The notes under the pieces: model-generated
The model's input: only the letters and a program-made list of their open reading frames with translations
Told to the model about the DNA's origin: nothing
Databases searched by the model: none
Shown here: piece after piece, positions 31,801 through 41,202 of the stretch
Layout: each line of letters starts with the position of its first letter
Position numbering within the stretch: position 1 is the stretch's first letter
Translations under genes and position numbers: made by a program
From: an uncultured Spirochaetota bacterium
GTDB taxonomy: Bacteria; Spirochaetota; Spirochaetia; SZUA-6; CAVTHK01
DNA length: 64,000 nt
Assembly: GCA_963734495.1 (NCBI GenBank)
Contig: CAVTHK010000010.1
Coordinates: 128,001 to 192,000, forward strand
Reading direction: 5' to 3'

Positions 31801-32296
31801 GGTCGGCCAGCGAGTCCGGGCCCACGCCGCTCGAGCGCAGGTACGCGAGGTAGAGCGGCGAGAAGCCTTCGGCGGCGCGGCGCCAGAAGTCGTCGGCCGC
31901 CTCCTGCAGGAGAGCGGCCTGGTCCGTGATGAGCTCGCCGTCGAAGAGCGCGCCCGACTCGAAGGCGCTGTCGGTGAGCACGCGCCTGCAGAAGGCGTGG
32001 ATCGTGTGGATGGCGGCCTGGTCGAACGCGCTGACGGCCTCGCGCAGGAACGCCGCGCCCTCGCCGTCGCCCGCCTCGCCGAGCGCCTCGATCAGGGCGC
32101 CGCGGACCTTGACCCGCAGCTCCTCGGTCGCCGCCTCCGTGAACGTCACGACCAGGATGCGGCTCACCTCCGTGCGCCGCTCGACCACCAGGCGCACCAC
32201 CAGGCGCGCGAGGCTCCAGGTCTTCCCGGTTCCCGCGCTCGCCTCGACGAGATTCACTCCGATGAGGGGCGTCGACTCGACGTCGAAGGACTTCAC
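28855..32296 (-). CDS. recB: exodeoxyribonuclease V beta subunit (apparent frameshifts near 29290 and 29170)
   Basis: GTG 32296; EASAGTGKT, VTFTEAAT, IHTIHAFC, DEAQDTD, IGDPKQAIYSFRGAD, LLYVALTRA, nuclease GYMDLV/DWKSN; ATGA overlap with recD. Confidence 0.95.
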
Positions 32297-35200
32297 TCCC
32301 TCACCTCGCTCGCGAGCATCGGCTCGCAGACCGCCACGGCGAGCTCGCGGAAACGCCGCCCGAGCGGGTCGGCGCTCCCGAAGCACTGCCGGATCGACGG
32401 CTCGTCCGCGTCGGCCCTGCCCCTGGTCCCACTCGCCGGGCTGCCACTTCTGCCTCGCCTTCTTCATCCCCTCCTCCTCGCTGCCGCCCGCGTGCACGGT
32501 CTCGGCGAAGGCGAGGGAGGTCTCGGAAAAGAAGGCAAGGGGAAGGCGAAGGCCCTCCAGGTACCAGCGCACCAGGTCGTCGAGCGGGGCCGTGTCCGCC
32601 GCGGGCGGCAGGCGCACGACGCAGTCGCTGGCCAGCAGGACGCTTGGGCCGCCCGCTGCCCGCGCGCGGAACGCGGCGAGGTGCCGGATCCAGAGCCCGA
32701 GCCGGTCGAAGGCTTTCGCCGAAGCCAGGCGGTAGCGGAGCAGCCGCCCGTCCCAGAGATCCACGGTGCCGGCGAGCCGCGCGCCGCCCGCCTCCACGTC
32801 GATCTTCGCGGCCTCGATGCTGCGCGGCCGCAGGGCCTCGCCGTGGGCCCCGACGAAGCGATCGACCGCCTGCTCGATGCCCGCCAGGTCCAGCTCGCCC
32901 GCCGGCCCGTGCGGCAGGCTCCCGCGGCCGCGCAGCGCCGGCCGCGCGTCCGCGAGCGCTTCGCCGAGCCTCCAGCGCTCGAGGAGCTCGTTCTGCATGA
33001 GGTAGCGCTCGAGGCCGTCGACCTCGAAGGGCTCGCGCGACTCGATCTCGATCGCGCGGTCCCGCAGGACGATCTCGAGCCTGTGGCGCAGCAGGAAGCG
33101 CGCCGGGTTCCGGTAGAAGTCGACGAGGTCCTCGAGACGGATCCCGTCGGCGTCGATCTCCGCCGGCGGCAGCGGCTCGCTCAGGAAGAGCCCGCGCACG
33201 CCGCCCGCCGCGCGCACCGCTTCGCGGCTGCCGTCGAGCGCCTCCCGGGAGTAGCTCCAGAGCCGCTCGTCCCGGCCGTCGAAGTAGCGCGGGCTCCAGG
33301 CATGGAGCGGGTGCTCGAGCGGCAGGGGATGGGGGAGATCGAAGCGGCGGCGCAGGTCGTCGAGCAGCTCGCTCACGACGACCGACGGCGCCATCGCGCT
33401 CCCGTCGTCGGGGCTCCGGCCGACGAAGCTCAGGTACAGCACGTCGCGCGCGGACACGATCGTCTCGAGAAACAGGTAGCGGTCGTCGTTGCGCCGTGAG
33501 CGGTCGCCAGGCCTGGGATCGCTCGCCATGAGGTCGAAGCCCGCCGGGGAATCCGCGCGGGGGAACGCCCCGAAGTTCATCCCGAGGAGGCAGATCACGC
33601 GGAACGGGATGGAGCGCATCGGGAGCAGGGAGCAGAACGTCACCCCTTCGGTGAGGAACCCGAGGCCCGGGCTGGCCTGGTCCAGCCGCGTGGAGAGGAC
33701 CGAAGCGATCACCTCGACCGGCACCGGCGCCTCGAAGCCGGATTGCCTGCCGCACTCCGCCAGCCGGGCGATCTCGGCGGCCAGGGCCCGGGTCTCGGGC
33801 CCTTCGGCGAAGAGCTCGGCGAGCAGACCTTGGAGCGTGACGCTCCAGGCGGAAAGGGGCCGCGGCTCGCCGAGCGCGTCGACCGCCGCGATGAGGCGCT
33901 CGACGAAGTCGACGAATACGGAGAGGGTCTCGCGCTCTCCCGCCGCAAGAGGAAGGACGCCGGCGAACACGCGGTCGTCCTCGAGCGCGGTCCCCAGCAC
34001 GAGCCTCCGCAGCCCGAAGCGCCAGGTGTTCTCGATGCGGGCGGGCAACCCGAGCCGCGCGCGGTCCCCGGCGTCGATCCCCCACCTGATCCCCGACTCC
34101 ACGACCCACTGGCGGATCCTCCCGAGGTCTCCTTCGGCGAGGCCGAGCTTCTCGCGGACCGGCTCCGACTCGAGGATGTCGAGGACCTCCGGCGCGGCGA
34201 AGCGCAGCCGCGGCAGCCCCAGGACGGACAGGAACGTGTTGGCGAGCGAGCTGGCCCTGGTCAGCTTGCGGTCCGAGACGTTGTAGGGCACCGGAGGCTC
34301 GGCGCCGCGGCGGAAGACCGCCTCGATGTACGGCACGTAGGTCTCGATCTCGGGCGCCATGACCACCACCTGCTCGGGCAGCAGCGTCGGGTCGGCGTCG
34401 AACAGCGCCAGCAGGCGGTCGCGGAGCACCTCGATCTCGCGCATCGGCCCGTGGCAGCTGTGGACCTGCAGGGAGCGGTCGTCGCGCTCGATGCGGGCGC
34501 GCCCGCCCTCCGGCGGCGGCTCGTTGTCCAGGATCGCGCTCTGCACGCGCGCGAGCAGCGTGCCGGCCCCTGGCTCGGTGAACGCTTCGTCTTCCTCCCG
34601 CGGCTCGACGTCGAGCAGCATCCCGAAGACCTCGGCGCCGAGGCCGCCGAGCGACGCGAGCAGGCCGTTGCCCGTGCTCGAGGGCAGCGGCTCCCAGAGC
34701 TCCTTCTGGCGGGCGGTCTCGGCCTCCGCCCTCTGCAGCCGCAGGAACCGGCGGTCCGACATCTGCTCGAACCAGAACTGGCGGCAGGGGTTCAGGAGGA
34801 AGAGGTTGACCTCGACGTGACCCGCCAGCGCCGCCAGCGCCTCCAGGTGCAAGGGCGGCAGCGCCGCGATCCCGAAGACCGAGACGCGCTCCGGCAGCGG
34901 CCCGCCGGCGTCGCCGCCCGGCTCGCCCCGCCGCAGCGCCTCCAGGAACCGCAGCCGGACGGCGGCCCGGTCGACGCCCATTCCCTCGTCCCAGAGCCTG
35001 CGCAGGAGCGTCATCTGCCAGTCGCGGTCGGGGCCCGGGCGGCCCGCCGGCCTCGCCCTTCTCCATTCCTCGATCCAGTCCGGCCTGTAGACCAGGTACT
35101 GGTCGAGGAGATCGGTGATCCTGCCCGCGAGCTGCCAGCGCTTGAGGCCCGCCGCGCTCTCGCTCTCGAGGTAGGCGCGGAGCGACGCGAACTCGCCGCG

Positions 35201-35512
35201 GTCGAGCAACTCCGGCAGGAGCCGCTGGATGCGCCAGACCAGCACCTCCGGCTTCCACGCCTCCGCCGGCGACTCGCCGAGGTAGTCGTGGAAGAGCCCG
35301 TCGAGAAAGACGTTGGGAAGGGGGAAGTAGGCGTTGGCCCAGATCCCCAGGCGCTTCGCGAGGGCCAGCGTGACCCAGCGCTCCATCCCGGGGTTCCGAA
35401 CGACGATCGTCTCGCGCGCGAGCGGCGAGCGGAGCGGCCGCGCCGCCACGGCCGCGAGCCGGTCCGCCAGCGCCTCGAGTCGATTCGAAGTAGTCACGCG
35501 CAGCGCCTGCAT
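32293..35512 (-). CDS. recC: exodeoxyribonuclease V gamma subunit (apparent frameshift near 32420)
   Basis: SNRLEAL, NPCRQFW, LLASLG, HSCHGPMREIEVL, VVMAPEIETY, SGIRWG, PMRSIPFRVICLLGMN, DDRYLFLE; the shifted tail ...LAVAVCEPMLASEVRE* stops in a GTGA overlap with the recB start. Confidence 0.95.
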
Positions 35513-35636
35513 CCCGCCCCCGCTCGACGAGGACAACCTTGACCGGAACGGCGCGGAAATGCAACAGCAAGCCGTCCGGCCCGAGTGGCCCGTGCGCGTC
35601 GATCGCGTTAGCTTATTTTCGGTCGCGGAGGTAAAG

Positions 35637-36140
35637 GTGGCAAATGCGAACAGGCGCTCGGCGCTTCACGTCGGCTTCGAGCTGGCGATTCTGCTGAAAG
35701 GCCTCCACGCCGCTCTCGAGGTGGTGGGGGGCGTGCTGCTGGTCTTTCTCCGCCCCGACACCCTGAGCCGATGGGTCAGGCTTCTCACGCAAAATGAGCT
35801 CATCGAGGATCCCAACGACCCGATCGCCAACATGGTGGTGCGAGCGGGCGCCCACTACACGGTCACCTCCCAGCACTTCGGCATTTTCTACCTGCTGTCT
35901 CACGGCCTGGTGAAGATCGTCCTGGTCCTCCTCCTCTGGCGATCGAAGCTCTGGGCCTACCCTCTGGCGGTCGTCGTTCTCGCCGTCTTTGTCGGCTATC
36001 AGATCCTGAGATGGACGTCGACCCATTCCTGGTTCCTGATCGCCCTGTCCGCGCTCGACGCGGTGATCGTCTGGCTCACCTTGTCGGAGTACCAGAGGTT
36101 GAAGGCGGAGCGCCTGACGCGGGGCACGCTTGCCGCTTGA
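35637..36140 (+). CDS. DUF2127-family membrane protein
   Basis: LLKGLHAALEVVGG, ELIEDPND, FYLLSHGLVKIVLV, KLWAYP; SD GGAGG before GTG. Confidence 0.85.
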   Translation: MANANRRSALHVGFELAILLKGLHAALEVVGGVLLVFLRPDTLSRWVRLLTQNELIEDPNDPIANMVVRAGAHYTVTSQHFGIFYLLSHGLVKIVLVLLLWRSKLWAYPLAVVVLAVFVGYQILRWTSTHSWFLIALSALDAVIVWLTLSEYQRLKAERLTRGTLAA

Positions 36141-36150
36141 TGCCGCGCGC

Positions 36151-36180
36151 TTGACGGCCGCCGCGGGCGTCCGGGATAAT
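36151..36180 (+). promoter_or_regulatory. sigma70 promoter of the methyltransferase pair
   Basis: TTGACG (36151-56), 18 nt, GATAAT (36175-80), 11 nt before GTG 36192. Confidence 0.6.
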
Positions 36181-36191
36181 CCGGGCGTCCC

Positions 36192-37232
36192 GTGAATGAT
36201 TCGTACGTGGCAATCCACAACCGGAAGTATCTCGGCTCCAAGCACCGCCTGCTGGCCTTTCTCGAGCACGCCATCCTCTCGCGCTGCCCGCCGCCCATCG
36301 GCCGCTTCGTCGACCCGTTCTCGGGAACGGGCGTGGTGGCCGACCGCTTTCGCGAGCACGCGCGCGAGGTCGTGGCCAACGACCTGCTGTACAGCAACTA
36401 CGTGACGAACCGCGCCTTTCTCGCCACCACGGCGGCCGAGTGCGACCCGGCCCGGGTGGCGGTGCTGCTCCGCGACCTCGACCGCCTCCCGCCGCTGCAA
36501 GGCTACGTCACCGAAAGCTACGGCGGCCTGTACTTCACGCGCGAGAACGCGGCGCTCATAGACGCCAGGCGCGAGGCGATCGCGGCGGAGGCGCTGGGCG
36601 AGGCCGAGAAGGCGCTGGCGCTCACGAGCCTGCTCTACGCGGCGGACAAGGTCGCGAATACCGCCGGCCAGTACGACGCGTACCTCAAGAGCCTTGGGTC
36701 CCCGAGCTACGACGAGAGCGGAAGACATCGCGTGGACGCGAGCGCGTACGGCAGGCTGAGGATGCGGATGCCGCTCCTGCGCGCCTGCCGCGTGTGCGAG
36801 GTCACCAACCGCGACGCCCTCGACGTGGTGCGCGCCGTGGAAGCCGACGTGCTCTACCTCGACCCGCCGTACAACAGCCGCCAGTATTCCGATCTCTACC
36901 ACGTGCTCGAGAACATCGCCGTCTGGCGCAAGCCGCCGCTGCGGGGCAAGACCCGCAAGTTCGACCGGGCTCACCTCCGCAGCCGCTTCTCCGCGCGGAC
37001 CACGTGCCGGACGGCTCTGCGGGAGCTGATCCTCGGCGCGCGGGCCCGCGCCATCTTTCTCAGCTACAACTCCGAAGGGCTGATCCCGCGCGAGGAGATC
37101 GTCGCGATGCTCCAGGCCCGGGGCCCCGTCGAGGTGCTCGAGACCGACTACGCCGTCTTCGGCAACGGAGCGGGCCGCTCGGTGAAGCGCCGCGTTCTCG
37201 AGCGCGTCTACTATTGCCAGGTGCAGCGCTGA
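36192..37232 (+). CDS. D12-class (Dam/NlaIII/FokI-like) N6-adenine DNA methyltransferase
   Basis: YLGSK, DPFSGTGVV (motif I), ADKVANT, YLDPPYNSRQY (motif IV), LSYNSEG. Confidence 0.93.
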   Translation: MNDSYVAIHNRKYLGSKHRLLAFLEHAILSRCPPPIGRFVDPFSGTGVVADRFREHAREVVANDLLYSNYVTNRAFLATTAAECDPARVAVLLRDLDRLPPLQGYVTESYGGLYFTRENAALIDARREAIAAEALGEAEKALALTSLLYAADKVANTAGQYDAYLKSLGSPSYDESGRHRVDASAYGRLRMRMPLLRACRVCEVTNRDALDVVRAVEADVLYLDPPYNSRQYSDLYHVLENIAVWRKPPLRGKTRKFDRAHLRSRFSARTTCRTALRELILGARARAIFLSYNSEGLIPREEIVAMLQARGPVEVLETDYAVFGNGAGRSVKRRVLERVYYCQVQR

Positions 37233-38147
37233 TGGCCGGCCGCAAGGTGGAGCTTTTCGATGATCAGGGCGCGACCCGCGGGTTCTACTCCGAGGACAAC
37301 CACCTCAACGACCTCACAGGGCGGGAGTGGGTCTACTGGACCAAGAGCGTCATCACGAACCCCTACCCCTCCAATCTGCAGCACAAGCTGCGCTCGCGCC
37401 ACGGCGGGCAGAAGCCGCCGGAGCTCTGCGCCGACCTGATCCGCGTCTTCACGAAGAAGGGGGAAAGCGTCTTCGATCCCCTCGCGGGCGTCGGAGGCAC
37501 GCTGCTCGGCGCGTCGCTCGCCGGCCGCCTCGCCACCGGCGTCGAGATCAACCCCGAGTGGGTGGGCATCTACCGCGACGTGTGCCGCCTGGAGGGCATC
37601 GCGGAGCAGCGCATGCTGACCGGGGACGCGCGGGCCGCTGCAGGAGGAGCTCGCCCGCGAAGGGTTCGGTGCGGACTTCGTGCTGACCGACGTCCCGTAC
37701 TGGCGCATGGACAGGGCGCCGCGCAGCCCCGGCAAGTTCAAGCGCGTCGGCGAGACCGCCCGGGAGCCGCGCAGAAGCCGGCTTTCCGCCTTCGGCCCGC
37801 AAGACTACGCGAGCAAGGCCGAATGGATCGAGCAGCTCACCGCGATTTTCGAGGGGACCGCGCGGCTGCTCCGGCCCGGGCGGTACGCCGCCGTCTTCAT
37901 CGGCGACATGTACTGCGCCGGCGAATACCACATGCTCTCGGCCGATCTGGCCCGGGCGCTCTGCGGGCTCGGGCTGACGCTCAAGGCGAACCTGATCTGG
38001 TACGACGTGAGCAAGTCGCTGCACGTCTACGGCTACAAGTACGACTACATCCCGTCGCTGATCCACCAGAACATCCTGGTGCTGCGCAAAGACCCGGACC
38101 GAGGCTCTCCGACCGCCGGCCTTGCGCGCACGCTTGCTCGGGAGTGA
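37232..38147 (+). CDS. N4-C/N6-A DNA methyltransferase-like protein, permuted motif order (apparent frameshift near 37635)
   Basis: TGATG coupling; KPPELCADLIRVFTKKGESVFDPLAGVGGT...GVEIN, then DFVLTDVPYW, RLLRPGRY, LIW, HQNILVLRK. Confidence 0.82.
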
Positions 38148-39429
38148 TGCCGCCGATGATCGCCTTATTGATGTACGTCCCGCAGATGCCCATGAGATCG
38201 AGGATGTAGGGCGTCGGGGAGATGTACTTGACCCCTCTTGCCGCGAGTTGTCCCGCCTTGTCGAGCGCGGCGAGCTGAGCGGGGTAAGACGGATTCCTGG
38301 CGATCAGGTCCTTGTCCGCATAGGCTGAGGTCCTCGTCGCCACGCCGCCGTTCATCATGTACTCCTTCATCTTCGCGCGCGAGCACATGTAGGCGATGAA
38401 GTCCCAGGCCTCGCTCTTGTTCTTCGCCTCGTAGGGGATGCCCATGTTCCAGCCCGCGATGGTAGCGGCGGCACCCGCCGGGCCGTCGGGGGTCGGCACG
38501 TAGTCGATCCTGTCCCACACCAGGCATTTCTTCTTGTCTTCCATCCAGGCAACGAGGGCGGTGGCATCGAGCCACATCGCGACCTTGCCCTGCATGAACG
38601 CCGCGCCCGCTTCCTCGTGCGTGTAGGTGCTGATGTCCGGGGGGCCCTGCCGCATCAGGTCCACGTAGAACTTGACCGAAGCCAGCGCCCCCGGGGTGTT
38701 GAACGTGGGTTTCAAGGTCTTGTGGTCGACGATCGGGTCATCGGTAAAGTTGTACGCGATGGACATCCATGCCGTCCCGCACATTCTCCCGGAGGCGGCT
38801 CGCATGGCCACGCCGTACAGACCAGGCTCTCTCCCGTTGAAGAATTTCGCCAGTGCCAGGTACTCATCCATCGTCTTCGGCGGCTTCTTGTCGTATTTCT
38901 GGAAGAGATCGGTGCGGTACCCGATGAAGCGGCTTTCCCCCGCGATGGGTATGGCCACCGGTGTGGAACCCACCATGGAGATCCCGTCCCGGTAACCGAG
39001 AAGGATGTCCTCGTAGTCGAACCACTTCGGGGTCCGCAGAGGATCCTTGAGATATCCCGAGAGGTCGATGATGAACTTCCTGTTGTAGAAGTCTGCGACG
39101 GAGAACCCGTCCACCATATAGACATCGAAGTTCCCCGCCCTGCTGCTGGATTCCAGCAGCTGCACGTTCTTGATCGTGCCGTCCGTGATCAGCTTCCAGT
39201 TCGTCTTGATGCCCGTCAACCGCGTGAACTCATCCGTCATCTTCCGGATGGCATCGGTCGACGGATGGGACGCAAACAGCAGGTTGATCGTCTTGCCGTT
39301 CGATCGCGCCTTTACCGTCTCCGCCCACTTCTCCACCGTCGAAACGTCCGTTGCCTGCCCCAGGGCGGAGAACGGGACGACGATCAGGAGCGCGCAGATC
39401 AGGACCAGGCCCTTCCTCAGTCTCTCCAT
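37981..39429 (-). CDS. sugar ABC transporter substrate-binding protein (orphan; aberrant C-terminus)
   Basis: SD GGAGG; signal peptide ...PFSALG|Q; FDVYMVD, GYRTDLFQKY..KPPKTMDEY, FMQGKVAMW, AWDFIAY. Confidence 0.88.
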   Translation of the reverse strand: MERLRKGLVLICALLIVVPFSALGQATDVSTVEKWAETVKARSNGKTINLLFASHPSTDAIRKMTDEFTRLTGIKTNWKLITDGTIKNVQLLESSSRAGNFDVYMVDGFSVADFYNRKFIIDLSGYLKDPLRTPKWFDYEDILLGYRDGISMVGSTPVAIPIAGESRFIGYRTDLFQKYDKKPPKTMDEYLALAKFFNGREPGLYGVAMRAASGRMCGTAWMSIAYNFTDDPIVDHKTLKPTFNTPGALASVKFYVDLMRQGPPDISTYTHEEAGAAFMQGKVAMWLDATALVAWMEDKKKCLVWDRIDYVPTPDGPAGAAATIAGWNMGIPYEAKNKSEAWDFIAYMCSRAKMKEYMMNGGVATRTSAYADKDLIARNPSYPAQLAALDKAGQLAARGVKYISPTPYILDLMGICGTYINKAIIGGITPEQACAQGRRSESLGPGLCAAPGCSGGSATGCSRTCSRRRAATCSRRTRSGSP

Positions 39430-39681
39430 TTTCCTGCCTCCCTTTGCGAAGATGCCCTGTCGTACCGACAGGTGTGAACCTGCGACGCACAGGCCGCGGA
39501 CCCCTCGCTCGACAGCCTCGCGGCGCATCTGGAGCAGGTTAGTCCCGGACCCGGTAGCTGTCAATGAAGAATTCGATCTCTCGAAATTGCACGCGATTTC
39601 ATCCCGGTCGCCGGGGGCGAAACAGCTGCGGCGAAAGCCCCCCGGCCGTGAAGCACCGCGCTCGCCGAGCGCGTTTCATAA

Positions 39682-41201
39682 GTGGTGGAATGGGTCGATC
39701 CCGTCGAAGAGACCGCCCGCCGCGTCTGGGGCGTGGCGGGCCTGTACCCGATCCAGCGGTTCGTGATCGCGAACACGCTCGAGGGATGCGGCCAGATCGT
39801 GGTCCTCCCGACCGGCTCGGGCAAGTCGCTCTGCTGGCAGGTGCCGCTCGCCTCGCTCCCTGGCCCGACGCTGGTGGTCGTGCCGCTGCTCGCGCTGCTG
39901 GCGGACCAGATGCGGAGGCTCGAGGCCGCTTCGGTGCCCGCGGTGGTGCTCAAGGGCGGCATGGCGCCCCGCGATCGCGAGGCCGCTCTGACCGCGCTCG
40001 TTTCCGGCGAGGCGCGGGTGCTCTTCTCCACGCCCGAGTTCCTCGCGACGGCCTGGGCGCGGCGGCGGCTTCCGGTGCTGCCGCTCGCGCATCTCGTCAT
40101 CGACGAGGCGCACTGCATCTCGGAATGGGGGCCGAGCTTCCGGCCGGCATACCTTCAACTTGGCGAATTCGTGAAGCGGGCGAGGCCGCGCGTGGTCAGC
40201 GCGTTCACCGCCACGGCCTCCCGGCGCGTGCTCCGCGCGATCGCGGACGCGCTGTTCGCCGACTCCCCGCCGCGCCTGGTGGTCGCGGACGCGGACCGGC
40301 CGGGCATCTTCTACCGCGTGGTGCCGTCGCTCCACGTGCCGCGGGACGCGGCCAGGCTGCTGGCGGGGCGCGCGGGGGCGGCGCTGGTCTTTGGCCGCAC
40401 GCGCCGGGAGGTCGAGCGCCTCGCGCGGCAGCTGGCGCTGCGGCTCGCCGGCCGCGAGGTCCGCTTCTACCACGCCGGCCTGACGCGGGAGGAGCGGGCT
40501 GAGACCGAGGCCTGGTTCCTGCGCCAGTCGGCGGGGGTGCTGGTGGCGACGTCGGCGTACGGCCTCGGCGTCGACAAGCCGGACATCAGGACCGTTCTTC
40601 ACGCGGGCGCCCCGCTTTCCGTCGAGGCGTACCTGCAGGAATCCGGACGCGCGGGACGCGACGGGCGGCCGGCGGAGGCGATCCTCGTGCAGCCGCTTCG
40701 CCGCGGGGCCATGCTCTCGCCGGCCGGCGGCCCGGAGCGGGCCCGCGAGGAGGCGATCCTCCGCTACGCGACCGCCCAGAAGCCGGCCTGCAGGCGGGCG
40801 CACCTGCTCGGCTTGCTGGGCCAGCCCGCGCCGCCGTGCGCCGGCTGCGACGTCTGCCGGGGCACCGTCGTCGCGGCGCCCGGCGGCATGCGCCAGATCC
40901 TCGCGCACGTGATCCGTCACCGGCGGCGCTACACGCTGCGCGAGACGGCCCTCCTGCTCGCGGGGCGGCCTCGCGGGCGCCCCGCGCTGCCGGGGTGGAC
41001 CGTCGACGACATCCTCGGGGCCGTGGCGTCGCTTGCCGCGGTCGGGATCATCCGAAGGACGCGCGGCCCTCTGTGGAGGCACCGGCTCACCATTGGGCGA
41101 GCATGCGGCCCGCGCACGCGGCGGCCCCGCGGCACGGTCGCCGCCCGGCTCGCCTGCCTCGCGTGGCTTTTCCGATTTCGCCGTGTTATCATCTTTCTTG
41201 A
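39682..41201 (+). CDS. recQ: RecQ-family helicase, no HRDC domain (3' end uncertain)
   Basis: LPTGSGKSLCWQ, PLLALLADQ, DEAHCISEWG..FRPAY, FTATA, FYHAGL, YLQESGRAGRDG, CRR...CAGCDVC. Confidence 0.88.
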
Positions 41202-41202
41202 G

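Noticed and set aside
29072..35536. 2154-aa RecC-RecB fusion in the ORF track
   Set aside because: A frameshift near 32420 explains it: the alternative frame gives a normal RecC tail ending in a TGA that overlaps the recB GTG start
27065..41201. recBCD, methyltransferases and recQ as a single defence island
   Set aside because: recBCD and recQ look like ordinary repair genes in separate transcription units; no nuclease effector or mobility gene links them
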